Below are positions 42,393 through 58,445 of a DNA stretch of 64,000 nt, in pieces. A program made the translations under genes and the position numbers. Position 1 is the first letter of the stretch. The number at the start of each line of letters is the position of its first letter. Where the stretch lies: positions 149,544,001 through 149,608,000 of the forward strand of contig OZ024740.1 in NCBI GenBank assembly GCA_964016885.1, read 5' to 3'. Origin of the DNA: Eledone cirrhosa. Its lineage: Eukaryota. The notes beneath the pieces were generated by a model. The model had not been told where the DNA came from. It made no database searches and was given only the letters and a program-made list of their open reading frames with translations.

Positions 42393-43658
42393 GTTAAAAA
42401 TGTACATCCACATATGTATACTGAAATACTAGTATGCATATGAATACACACACGTATACATATGTAGATGTACCGAGTTTTTCACTGGTCACTTTACTGT
42501 GAGTGTCCAGCTATTCTGTATGTAAACACACAGACAAACCGGTTTTTAGAGTCATACTGGTTTTTGAGAAAACACCTTTCCTCTATTCTCCAGAAAGCCA
42601 GACAAGGAATATTGAACTAGTTTCGATGTTGTTACAACTCATCAGCAATATTTACCTATCTTCCGGCCTTTCTAGAGAATCGTAAAAGCACATATCGTTA
42701 TATGCTTTTTCTATGAAAATTAGTAGTGGGCAGACTAATTTGCATAGAGCGTGAGTACGTACCGGTTCAACGGAGACGATAAAAACAAATAACCAAACGA
42801 AATTAAATTTCGTTTCGTTTGTAACTCACTTTTGTATGACTGACGCTTAAACAATTAAGTTAAAAATGTACATCCACATATGTATACTGAAATACTAGTA
42901 TGCATATGAATACACACACGTATACATATGTAGATGTACCGAGTTTTTCACTGGTCACTTTACTGTGAGTGTCCAGCTATTCTGTATGTAAACACACAGA
43001 CAAACCGGTTTTTAGAGTCATACTGGTTTTTGAGAAAACACCTTTCCTCTATTCTCCAGAAAGCCAGACAAGGAATATTGAACTAGTTTCGATGTTGTTA
43101 CAACTCATCAGCAATATTTACCTATCTTCCGGCCTTTCTAGAGAATCGTAAAAGCACATATCGTTATATGCTTTTTCTATGAAAATTAGTAGTGGGCAGA
43201 CTAATTTGCATAGAGCGTGAGTACGTACCGGTTCAACGGAGACGATAAAAACAAATAACGAAACGAAATTAAATTTCGTTTCGTTTGTAACTCACTTTTG
43301 TATGACTGACGCTTAAACAATTAAGTTAAAAATGTACATCCACATATGTATACTGAAATACTAGTATGCATATGAATACACACACGTATACATATGTAGA
43401 TGTACCGAGTTTTTCACTGGTCACTTTACTGTGAGTGTCCAGCTATTCTGTATGTAAACACACAGACAAACCGGTTTTTAGAGTCATACTGGTTTTTGAG
43501 GAAACACCTTTCCTCTATTCTCCAGAAAGCCAGACAAGGAATATTGAACTAGTTTCGATGTTGTTACATCTCATCAGCAATATTTACCTATCTTCCGGCC
43601 TTTCTAGAGAATCGTAAAAGCACATATCGTTATATGCTTTTTCTATGAAAATTAGTAG
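42387..43658 (-). repeat. Tandem array of 466-bp hammerhead-containing units (subfamily C), 2.7 copies
   Basis: Units start at 42387, 42853, 43319; minus-strand TATTG-CTGATGA-GWTG taacaa CATC-GAAA-CTAG-TT-CAATA at 42606-42664, 43072-43130, 43538-43596. Confidence 0.93.
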
Positions 43659-43686
43659 AAGGCCGGAAGATAGGTAAATATTGCTG

Positions 43687-44623
<937 letters not shown>

Positions 44624-44635
44624 AAACATAATTAC

Positions 44636-44667
<32 letters not shown>

Positions 44668-44722
44668 AAATATAATTATATATATATATGAAATATAATT
44701 ATATATATATATAAAATATATT

Positions 44723-44753
<31 letters not shown>

Positions 44754-45046
44754 TTTATATATATATATAAAATATATTTATATATATATATATTTATATA
44801 TATATATATAAAATATATTTATATATATATATATATGAAATATATATATAAAATATATTTATATATATATAAAATATATTTATATATATAAATTATATTA
44901 TATATATATATAAAATATATTTATATATATATATATATATAAAATATAGTTATATATATAATATATTATATATATATAAAATATATTTATATATATATAT
45001 ATATAAAATATATTTATATATATATATATATATATATAATATATTT

Positions 45047-45094
<48 letters not shown>

Positions 45095-45146
45095 TTTATA
45101 TATATATATATATATATAAAATATATATATATCTATAAAATATATT

Positions 45147-45212
<66 letters not shown>

Positions 45213-45231
45213 TTATATATATATAAAATAA

Positions 45232-45275
<44 letters not shown>

Positions 45276-45383
45276 TATATATAAAATACATATATATATA
45301 TATAAAATACATATACATATATAAAATATATTTATATATATAAAATATATTTATATATATATATAATATATAATTATATATAT

Positions 45384-45422
<39 letters not shown>

Positions 45423-45484
45423 ATTATATATATAATATATATATATAAAATATATATATATATATAGAGAGAGAGAATATTTAT

Positions 45485-45537
<53 letters not shown>

Positions 45538-45781
45538 TATATATATAGAGAATATTTATAAATATATAAAATATATTTATATATATATCTATATAAAATA
45601 TATTTATATATATATATATGAAATATATTTATATATATGAAATATATTTATATATATATAATATATTTATATATATATCTATATAAAATATATTTATATA
45701 TATATATATGAAATATATTTATATATATATATAATATATCTATATATATAAATAAAATATATTTATATATATATATATAAA

Positions 45782-45812
<31 letters not shown>

Positions 45813-45847
45813 AAATACATATATAAAATATATATATATATATATAT

Positions 45848-48844
45848 GCAAAAGTTCTATTTAAAGTTGTTGGGATACAACAAGTAAATATTTTTATAAC
45901 TGATATAAAGCACTCGACAAGTTTTGGGAGTAGATATACGATATTAATAAATGGAAACTATATTTATAAAACCATATTTATTTCATTATACATATTTCAG
46001 GGATACCACATTAATTTATGGTATGCCTTCATCAGACAAAATACAATATATAACAGTTTTACAAATAGCTTTGACGTACCCTTTTAAAATGCAACCATTA
46101 CTTTTGGAGGCTGTCTAGATAGTGATTTGTTTATATTATTTTAATAAGTCATAGTGTTAAGTACAATTAGAAAAAGACGGATAGAAAGAAAAAAAAAGAA
46201 AAAAGACGGAGAGAGAGAAAGAAAACCTGGAGAAATATCGGAGAGAGAGAGAAATGTATGGAGAAAAGAAAGAGATAAATACAGATAGGAGGAAATAAAA
46301 AAGAAAGAAAGAAATAAGAAAAACAAAGGAAAGCAACAGAGAGATATCAAGTCATCATACAGATAGAAAAACTCAAGAAAGAGAAATACTATATAGAGAG
46401 AGGGGGAGACAATGATAACTTTACGTCATGTCATACTAAGTTGAGTTAACAATTTATATGAAATGAATAATAAAAATATAAATATCAATATTCATGAATG
46501 GGACATAGATATATAATATGAGAAATTAAACATTGTTCAATAATGACTATATGTTTAGTTTAAAAACTTGAGATCAATATACCAAAATCTGAGTTAAATC
46601 GTTCAAAATGTACCCTTGGTATAGAGATCAGTATCTTATGCAAAGACATACAAATATATATGTATATATATATATATATATACACACATACGCACGTCCT
46701 GAAAATAGAAATTATGTTTACTCAAGCCAACAATATAGCCATACAAAACGTAAATGATTTCTCTTAATCAGTGCTATACATTCCTTGTGTTATAAAAAGT
46801 TCACAGTATATATACATAAATATATACGATTAATATTCATGTCCTCATATATACGATTACCATTCATCTATTTAATATTATGCATATCTGCAACATACCT
46901 CTCACCCACATAGATATATATACATACATATATACACATACATATGTATAAATAAATATTTGCGTGCGTCGTCCCGCATCGCTCATGTATATATACAGAC
47001 ATATATACAAACACAAAAAACCTATAAGACTTTATATGCATGTTAATACACACATATGCATTTGTATAGAGATAATCAAATATCAATATATTACTAAAGG
47101 ATTATAACTTGTAAACATAAGCATAACAATATAAATTTAAAATACCAAAGGAATATATTTTGGAAATGCAACTATATCAGTATATTCAAAAGAAATCTAG
47201 AAATATCAAAGCATTAAATATCTTTAAAACACTATAGAGTATCTTAAGTTAAAATAATATGTTTTATATATTTAGTATAGAAATTTATCCTACGTATATC
47301 TCAATCAAGATATTGAAAGGGTAGACTTATGAAAGTTATGAGAAGCTATCAGAATCAACACAAATAAATAAAAATAATTTAAAAGATTTAAAAAACCCAA
47401 TGATTCTACAGATAACCTTATATTTAGTATAGAAATTTATCTTACGTATATTTTATTTAATACATTGGAAGTATAGACATTTTAGAGTAGTTTATTATAT
47501 CCATGTTTATATTTAGGAAGAAAGTTTAAAAAGAAAAAGGTGAAGGAATCTAATGATTTATCGACAGTTTTCATATATTAACTAAATTACTTAATTAATT
47601 ATACTACATTTTAAGTTTATATTTATATTTAAACGTTGAGTTCAACTTATGTCTGCAGCAACTGAATAAATTGTTCCTTAGATTAAGGGAATTTTTGGAC
47701 TTTAATATAAAGAATATTTCTTCAATACAAAGATCACAATTTTCTGAAGAGGAATTAAAAGGATTAGCTTTCGAAATAATATTCCAATTCATCGAATATT
47801 TAATATTATCTCGTTTTAGGTCCCATAGTAAGCTAGATAGCGAAGTTGAAGATTTTTTGTTTGGATCTGTGAAAGAATTCTTATGATTATTGAAGCGAAA
47901 TTTAAATTCTGTAGAGGTGGAACCAACATAGTTAAATTAGTTTTAACATTACAATTGTACACTACGTTTTTAGCTAAGCAGTTGTTATTTAACGGACAGT
48001 TAGATTTATTTCTACAGTTACAGTTAATTAATTGAATATTGTTTGGGTTATTATTGGTATTTTGGTTAGGTTTTAAATTCCTATTATTAATTCTATTAAT
48101 ATTTTGTGCTAAATTTTTGGTGGACGAGTAAGTTAATTTTATAGTGTGTCTATTAAAAATTGAGTAATATTTATGTGTTCTAGGGAAGCGTTTGTCAAGA
48201 GCTTTAAAGAATAGTTTAGAAATAGGGGTTTTAATATTTAGTGAGAAAGGGGGAGCAAACGATAATATATTTCTAGTTCTATTTCTTTTTCGGCTTTTGG
48301 AATTATTGTAATGTTTTCTATTATAGTTGTTAAAGTTGTTACCGTAATTGAAATTGTTATTATTTTGGTTAGTTTGCTTATTATTATTATTATCGATGTA
48401 TTTAATTTTATTTCTATATCCAGCTCTACCTAACGCTTCGTTGTAATACTCCGCTTTTTCATCAAATATATTTTTATTAGATGAAATTCTTGAAATTCGT
48501 TCTTGAACAGAGTTCACTATAGTATTTTTAACAGATCTGGGGTGATTAGAGTTAAAGTTGACATAATTCAAGTTCTCATTTAGTTTGTGAAATGGATAAT
48601 GAAGACATGTATTGAGATTTAGTGTTACATCAAGAAAATTGACTATTTTATGGTTGTTCTCTATTTCTATCTTTAGATTAAGGTAGTTAAAAAATTGTAT
48701 AATTTGTTTTCTTTTTCTATTTAGTTCACAGCTATTATTTTCTATAAGTAAAAGCATGTCATCACGATATAATCCTTTTTATTATGTTTATAATTTGTTG
48801 TATTACCCTGTCTAGAATATTTTTGCTAAGTTTTCCCAGGTCAG

Positions 48845-48848
<4 letters not shown>
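45848..48848 (-). mobile_element. Naiad-like PLE, 5'-truncated; ORF remnant 47604-48847, long 3' UTR with HHR at 45979-46043
   Basis: GLYRDD, VNFLDVTLNL, SNHP, CNCRNKSNCPLNNNC, CDLC, CRH; HHR TATTTTGT-CTGATGA-AGGcATACCATA..TGTGGTATcCCT-GAAA-TATGTA-TA-ATGAAATA. Confidence 0.9.
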
Positions 48849-48902
<54 letters not shown>

Positions 48903-49034
48903 TATTTTATATATATATAAATATATTATATATATATATATATATATAAATATATTTTATATATATATAAATATATTATATATATATATATATAAATATA
49001 TTTTATATATATATAAATATATTATATATATATA

Positions 49035-49196
<162 letters not shown>

Positions 49197-49260
49197 ATAT
49201 ATATATATATATAATATATATATATATATATAATATATTTATATATATATAAAATATATT

Positions 49261-49343
<83 letters not shown>

Positions 49344-49444
49344 TTTATATATATATATATAATATATATATATATAAAATATATTTTTATATATATATAT
49401 AATATATTTATATATATATAATATATTTATATATATATATAATA

Positions 49445-49485
<41 letters not shown>

Positions 49486-49762
49486 TTTATATATATATAT
49501 ATAATATATATATATATAAAATATATTTTTATATATATATATAATATATTTATATATATATAATATATTTATATATATATATAATATATTTATATATATA
49601 TATAATATATTTATATATATATATAATATATTTATATATATATAAAATATATTTTTATATATATATATAATATATTTATATATATATAAAATATATTTTT
49701 ATATATATATATAATAAATTTATATATATATAAAATATATTTGTATATATATATATAAAATA

Positions 49763-50390
<628 letters not shown>

Positions 50391-50421
50391 TTTATATATA
50401 TATATATATATAAAATATATT

Positions 50422-50452
<31 letters not shown>

Positions 50453-50469
50453 TTTATATATATAAAATA

Positions 50470-50516
<47 letters not shown>

Positions 50517-50564
50517 TTTATATATATATATATAAAATATAGACATATATATATATATAAACTA

Positions 50565-50645
<81 letters not shown>

Positions 50646-51318
50646 TATATATAATATATATATATATAGTTATGTAATAAACAATATAATGCAATTACTC
50701 CATTTACCAGTGGTTTCTTAAAAGCAAAAGATTTTGCTTTCAATCCTCAGAATGAAAAAATCCTGGTCTGTTTATTAAATTTGGATTTTAAAAAACCTTC
50801 TTCTTCTTCTTCTTCTTCTTCTTCTTCTTCTTCTTCTTCTTCTTCTTCTTCTTCTTCTTCTTCTTCTTCTTCTTCTTCTTCTTCTTCTTCTACTTCTACT
50901 TCTTCTTCTTCTTCTTCTTCTTCCAAGAATATCTAGAATTAAGTTTATTTTCCCTTATGAGGTGATGGTCAGTCATACTGTCAACGCTTAGTGAGGGGTA
51001 GTATTATGACCTGTAAAAACTAACACTCTCCCATACCCTCTGGCCTTCGGCTGACTGCCACAGTCGTGATGGGTAGCTGTAAAATATAGTACGGGATGGG
51101 TAGGCCATTGTTTGACTGAGAGGGTGAACAAAGCAAATTTCGTTGAAATCTGAGGTGGCTCATGGTCAACTTCCTTCGGACATGCGCTTGCGCAGACCGG
51201 TGGGGGTGAATTGGTACTCACAAGGGAACGGATGAAAAACCCAAAAGCACGCAATTCATCCGTTCCCATGTCGATTCAATTTGGATTGCCTCGGAAACAT
51301 AACCTTATTATGTAACAA

Positions 51319-51392
51319 GCTGTCTGATGATGACACGACACTCGCACACAGAACAGTGTGGCCAGTGTCGTCTTTGAAATATATATCACAGC
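51319..51392 (+). ncRNA. Type I hammerhead in non-coding element 50669-51446
   Basis: GCTGT-CTGATGA-T-GAC ACGACACT cg CACAC agaaca GTGTG gcc AGTGTCGT CTT-T-GAAA-TATATA-TC-ACAGC. Confidence 0.85.
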
Positions 51393-51511
51393 ATCATTAT
51401 TATTAAAGGACTTGAACATCTGAAACTACTTCGCTTTCCCCTATTCTATATATATATAATATATATTTATATATATATATAAAATATATTTATATATGTA
51501 TATATAAAATA

Positions 51512-51617
<106 letters not shown>

Positions 51618-51897
51618 TTATATATATATATATAATATATTTATATATATATATATATATTTAATATATTTATATATATATATATATAATATATTTATAT
51701 ATATATATATAATATATTTATAAATATATAAATATATAAAATATATTTATATATATATAAAATATATTTATATATATATATATAAAATATATTTATATAT
51801 ATATATATATGTATATATAATATATATATATATATAATATATTTATATATATATATATATGTAAAATATATTTATATATATAAATATATATAAAATA

Positions 51898-51947
<50 letters not shown>

Positions 51948-51951
<4 letters not shown>

Positions 51952-52158
51952 TAAACGGAATAGAAAATGCTGACAAATTGTTCACAGTTGAAAAATGATT
52001 TAATTAGGAATAAAAGAGTATTAGTGATTGTATACCCATACAATCACTAATACTCTTTTATTCCTAATTAAACCATTTTTCAACTGTGAACAATTTGTCA
52101 GCATTTTCTATTCCGTTTACCAATATATAATACCTTGTGTGTTACACCTCTATTCTTT

Positions 52159-52161
<3 letters not shown>
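51948..52161. repeat. Near-perfect ~90-bp-arm hairpin inside (TA)n
   Basis: TTGGTAAACGGAATAG..GTGATTGTAT accc ATACAATCAC..CTATTCCGTTTACCAA, centre near 52037. Confidence 0.9.
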
Positions 52162-52243
<82 letters not shown>

Positions 52244-52309
52244 AGTATATATTTATATATATATATATATGTAATATATATTTATATATATATTTATATA
52301 TATATAATT

Positions 52310-52356
52310 ATGTGTGTATACGTACATACATATATGTATACAGACGTACAGTAGCA

Positions 52357-52422
<66 letters not shown>

Positions 52423-52803
52423 GAGGTACACATACATATATGCACATATCAGTTTAGCAGACGCTTATTATAACGCCGCTTTGTTCGTTTGTAAAAAAAC
52501 TGAACAGCCTGAATTTTTATGCCGTACGGTGTTACACCGTACGGCATAAAAATTCAGGCTGTTCAGTTTACAAACGAACAAAGCGGCGTTATAATAAGCG
52601 TCTGCTAAACTGATATGTGCATATATGTATGTGTACCTGTATGTATATATATATATGTATGTATATATATATATATATATATGCATGCTACTGTACGTCT
52701 GTATACATATATGTATGTACGTATACACACATACTTACATTTAAGTAAGTGGCGTACTAAGAGTGAGAAATGAAATTTCGTTTTCATTTTTTTTCAACTC
52801 ATT
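52310..52803. repeat. Fold-back fragment of subfamily B variant
   Basis: Centre GCCGTACGGTGT-T-ACACCGTACGGC (52521-52545); right arm homologous to 43921-44181. Confidence 0.88.
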
Positions 52804-53138
52804 ATATATATATATATATATAAAATATATTTATATATATATATATATATAAAATATATTTTTATGTTTATATATATATATATAAAATATATGTATATAA
52901 AATATATTTATATATATATATGTACAAAATATATTTATATATATATATTTATATATATATATATAAAATTTATTTTTATATTTATATATATATATATAAA
53001 ATATATTTATATATATATACAAAATATATATATATATATATAAAATATATTCATATATATATATATATATATATATGTGTTTATATATATATATATACAT
53101 ATAAAATATATTCATATATATATATATATATATGTATA

Positions 53139-53195
<57 letters not shown>

Positions 53196-53199
53196 TTCA

Positions 53200-53240
<41 letters not shown>

Positions 53241-53350
53241 TAATAATAATATATATGTATATAAATATATTTTATATTTATATATATATAAATATATTTT
53301 ATATTTATATATATATAAATATATTTTATATATATATATATATATATAAA

Positions 53351-53405
<55 letters not shown>

Positions 53406-53408
<3 letters not shown>

Positions 53409-54528
53409 AAAGTTATATTTAAAATTGTTGGGTTACAACTAGTAAATATTTATAACTGATATAAAAGCACTCGACAAATATTTGGAGTATATTTACAATA
53501 TTAAATAAATGGAAACTATATTTATAAAACCATATTTATTTCATTATATATATTTCGGGGATATCATATTAACAATATGCTATGCCTTCCTCAGACAAAA
53601 TACAATATAAACAGTTTTATAGATAAATAGATTCGACATACCGTAATAACATCGACTTGCATTTGAAGAGGTTAAGCTGGCAGTGAAAAAATTTTACACA
53701 GAGAGAAAGAAAGAGAGAAAAAAGAAAGAAAGACAGAAAACGAAGAAAAGGAAGAAAAAGAAGAAATGCATGGAACAAAATAGAGAGATGGAAAGATAGA
53801 TAAAGAGAAGAACTTCATGTAAAAAAACACAGAAAGAGATATATATATATATATAGAGAGAGGAAATAGAGATAGATACATATATATATAGAGAGAAAAT
53901 TAGGTAGTGGGAGGTCAGTTGAGTAAATGTATCAATAATACATTTATTTATTTATTTATTTATTTAGCTCTAGTATTAATGTAAGGGAGATATATATAGA
54001 GAGAAAAAAAATATATATATTTTTTCTCTATATATATATCTCCCTTACATTAATACTAGAGCTAAATAAATAAATAAATAAATAAATGTATTATTGATAC
54101 ATTTACTCAACTGACCTCCCACTACCTAATTTTCTCTATATATATATATGTATCTATCTCTATTTCCTCTCTCTCTATATATATATATCTCTTTCTGTGT
54201 TTTTTTACATGAAGTTCTTCTCTTTATCTATCTTTCCATCTCTCTATTTTGTTCCATGCATTTCTTCTTTTTCTTCCTTTTCTTCGTTTTCTGTCTTTCT
54301 TTCTTTTTTTCTCTCTTTCTTTCTCTCTGTGTAAAATTTTTTCACTGCCAGCTTAACCTCTTCAAATGCAAGTCGATGTTATTACGGTATGTCGAATCTA
54401 TTTATCTATAAAACTGTTTATATTGTATTTTGTCTGAGGAAGGCATAGCATATTGTTAATATGATATCCCCGAAATATATATAATGAAATAAATATGGTT
54501 TTATAAATATAGTTTCCATTTATTTAAT

Positions 54529-54533
<5 letters not shown>
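53406..54533. repeat. About 1-kb perfect palindrome of PLE 3' terminus, one HHR per arm
   Basis: Arms about 53495-54014 and 54015-54533; HHR TATTTTGT-CTGAGGA..GAAA-TATATA-TA-ATGAAATA at 54426-54491 (+) and 53537-53602 (-). Confidence 0.9.
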
Positions 54534-54583
<50 letters not shown>

Positions 54584-54663
54584 TTTATATATATATATAT
54601 ATAAAATATATTTATATATATATAAATATAAAATATATTTATATACATATATATTTATATATA

Positions 54664-57330
54664 CGGGATAACAAATTATTGTTATGGGTAGTCCACTTAG
54701 ATGTAGTCCAGTTAGGGTACTCCGAGTAGTGAATAGTATCAACACTTGGCTAAGTTTTACTCAACAATGCGTTTCCATAGTGATGCTGCGAGTACGCGGT
54801 GATTTCTATTTAGTTTACACTTGGAGTAATGATAAATCAAGAAAGAAGAGTGACACGGTTTGCTATACAAAAAGGGCTTTCATCACATTGCTGACAATTG
54901 TTTTTCTGAACTGGTAGGTTTAGAGATCGCCACCCGCCTGTTTCTGCGTCAATCGATCACCAATACATAGTTATAACCAGTCAATTCATCAGAGCTTGCG
55001 AGAATGAAGGGAATACACAGGCATGGCTTCTATATATAGTAGTGGCATTAAATCAGAACAATAATAACAATACTAACACTGCTAGCAATAAATTAGTTGA
55101 AATAATCACAAAATACATCTAAGTAAGACATAGAGTATACTTATGACTTTAGCATGTAAAACGAGCTGATATGAGGCAGATGTATGAAATTGAGATGTAA
55201 AAGCTGTCATGGGATGTATTATATATAGTGTAGAGATAAGCCAGGGCTTTAAACAATGTACAACATTTCCTTTACCGTAGGTTTGCTGACCGCCATAAGA
55301 ATTATTTATTATCTGACAGATAATATATTTTCATTGTAGTGAGGATAGTAATTTTTATGTGGTATAAAGCGGATTCAATATTTAAGTGGTCTATATTAGA
55401 TGAATGGATTGTTAGTTCGAATCGTGGGGTTGTTTAGCTTTCACATCATCAATAACATGCATGTATAAGATAACACCAACAGAGTAGCAATATAATAGGT
55501 AAGTTAATACAGAGATTAAGGAAGCAGTATATATATATATAGAGAGAAAACATGCTGACTACAATTATAACAACAGGAGGAAGGTGATGTTTTACGGACT
55601 GTGGTAGTATTCTAATAATGTACTTGGATTTAGGTTCATCTGTTGAGAATCAAAGGTGAGGAAGTTGTGTTGACAGCAGCTGAGAGGAGATATATTTATG
55701 GGTTGATAAGATATTTTCAGACATTACTGTGGTATAGAATTAAGGAGGCTAGAAGCTGCTTAAAGAATAATATACTTCTGTGGTAGTCTGTGTGAGAGTG
55801 TGGATTTCATATGTTGAATGCTAAGTTATGTTGGTTCGATTCACGGTGGCTTAAATCTTGTGAATTTAGTAGCGATCCTGTGTCTGCAGAAAATTGACCT
55901 TTCTATCTTGTTGTTGAGTAGCCTTTTTTCGTTCCTAAGGATATACAGTAATTCAAGGTCGCAGAGCCTACAATAGGACATACCGGTACTATATGCCCTT
56001 GCGGCCGACAACCTCGACCAGTTGATATTGTAGGTAATGTTATTGTCCATATTCTTTTGGCGAGGGTTGTAGAACCTATTAGTGCACGGTTCTTCATCGA
56101 ATGTCTGTGCACATACCATCTTTTTTTAAAAGTACCCGCGGTGGATCCAATGTAATGCCAAGTGGAGTTGCCCGAGTTCAACGTACACATGTACACTAGG
56201 CTCGAATCAAGGCATCTGTTCGCCAATGGGCACCTATCTGGTAGGTGACAATTGCAGTTTGAGGTGTTATTCCGTGCAGCTTCCACACTGCTGTTTTGTC
56301 CACTGCTACTAGTGGGTTGTGATTCGTGCCCGTTGAGGTTTTGCTGCTACGTGCTTGTATGCGTTTGCCGTTGTGATACTGTGATGTGTTTATGTTTAGA
56401 ATTTGGTGCTATGTTGTGCATATGTGGGGTGGTTTCCCTAGAGGTATTTCTGTGGTTGATCTTGCGTATGTGGGATTCTATATTTGCAGCCGTAGAGTAT
56501 GAGAGTTTTATAGTTTTTCTATTGAAGATTTTATGATATCTATGTGATATAGGGAAGTGTTTATCTATTAGTTTAAAGAACGTAGAAGGCAGTCTAGTTT
56601 TTACAGAGGAGTTGAAGATTGGATTGAACCACAGGTATTTTCTTTCTCTAATTCTTCTATTGTTTCCAGGGTTTACATTATTGGTGTTTGGACCACTTAC
56701 TCTAGGTGTTACGTGCCTAACTCTATGTCTAGTCCTGTTACCTCTATTTTTGTGTGAGCGGTTGTTGTCAGTGTTAGTAGGTTTGTTTGAGTTGTCCTTA
56801 TCCGTTATAAACTGCTGCTTTTCTTTGTGTCTGGCCCTATGTAATGCCGCGTTATAATAGTTAGCATGTTCATTAAAAATTTCTAGGTTTGATGATAAAC
56901 GGGATATTCTAAGGGATATACTACGTGCTATGGATCTGATTATGGATCTGGGGTGGTTTGAATTATAACTAATGTAGGCCACATTCTCATTATTTTTGTG
57001 GAAGGGTTCTATTAATCCCGTATTTAGATTTAGAGTCACATCTAGAAAGTTTGCCTTTTTATGATTCAGTTCGTAGGTAATACTTAGGCCTAGTTTTTTG
57101 AAGAATGTTCTAATGTCACATCATCAATAACATGCATGTATAAGATAACACCAGCAGAGTAGCAATATAATAGGTAAGTTAATACAGAGGTTAAGGAAGC
57201 AGTATATATATATATAGAGAAAACATGCTGACTACAATTATAACAACAGGAGGAGGTGATGTTTTACGGACTGTGGTAGTATTCTAATAATGTACTTGGA
57301 TTTAGGTTCATCTGTTGAGAATCAAGGGTG
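54664..57330 (-). mobile_element. Naiad-like PLE, 5'-truncated, with partial tandem UTR duplication
   Basis: NFLDVTLNL, SNHP, WFNP, CNCHLPDRCPLANRC, YIGST, FKKRW..H, CRLC, CRH; 57118-57330 repeats 55443-55660; degenerate HHR 54883-55000. Confidence 0.9.
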
Positions 57331-57381
57331 AGTATTTGTATATAAAATATAATTATATATATATATATTTATATATTTATA

Positions 57382-57440
<59 letters not shown>

Positions 57441-58329
57441 GCGGATATTTTACGTCTTGATGTGGTAGCTAAATATATGTTATGTTTATACCATTACTTA
57501 TTTGTATAGGTAAGTATGTATTACCTGTATGTTTTGTGAAAGTACGTATACTTTCTCGTACGTATATTTCCTTGTATATGTTATAGGCGTATATATTATA
57601 TTATATATACTGGTACATGTGCATATGGTTATGTGTATACGTGAGTTTTGCGTCTGTGTGAGTATGCGGGTTCGTACGTATGTAGGTTGTGTGTATATGT
57701 GTTCTTTGTGTTTTGTTTGACGTACGTTTAGGGAACATATGTGTATTTACATGTAGGTATATGTGTGCGCGCGCGTTATATACGTATTTATGTGTGTATA
57801 TTTATATACGTTTATATAATTATATGTATACACGCACACACATATATATATATTTTTTTTCATATATTTATGTGTATTTGGTGTATACGTTCGTATGTGT
57901 GCGGGTACAGGCGTTGCGTGGGTTCTGTATGTGCGTGCGTGTTTTTTTTGTGTACGTGCTTGTATTTGCATACCCATGGCGAGTGTTTTCGCGTATGCTT
58001 GTGTATGTACGTATATGGATGCGTGTATGTATATATTTAATTTCAATCGCCTCTGTATTTTATTTACTTTATTCTTAACTCTGAAGCCGAGAATCATTCG
58101 GTTTCCTAAATAGAATTTTAGTCTACGAGTTCAGTTGTACCATAAACGTGGTTTTGTCTTTGCGTCTAATTGTTCTCAACGATCCATATAATGACGTATT
58201 ATCTTCGTTTTTTCCGTTCATTGCCAGAGAACGTCCCCACGAACCACCTAATAGAATATTAGTCTACGACTTCATTTATATCATAAACGTGGTTTTGTCT
58301 TGGCGTGTAATTGTTTCACCGCATTATTT

Positions 58330-58445
58330 ATTGTTCAAATCCCGCCGAGGTTGACTTTGCCTTTCATCCTTACGGGGTCGATAAGATAAAGTACCAGTAA
58401 TGCACTGGGTAATTGCTGGCCTTGTGCCTAAAGTAGAAACAATTA
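58330..58445 (+). mobile_element. CORE-SINE fragments (also 14790-14845 -, 59263-59347 +, 60090-60250 -, 61085-61150 -)
   Basis: GTTCAAATCCCGCCGAGGTTGACTTTGCCTTTCATCCTTACGGGGTCGAT. Confidence 0.7.
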
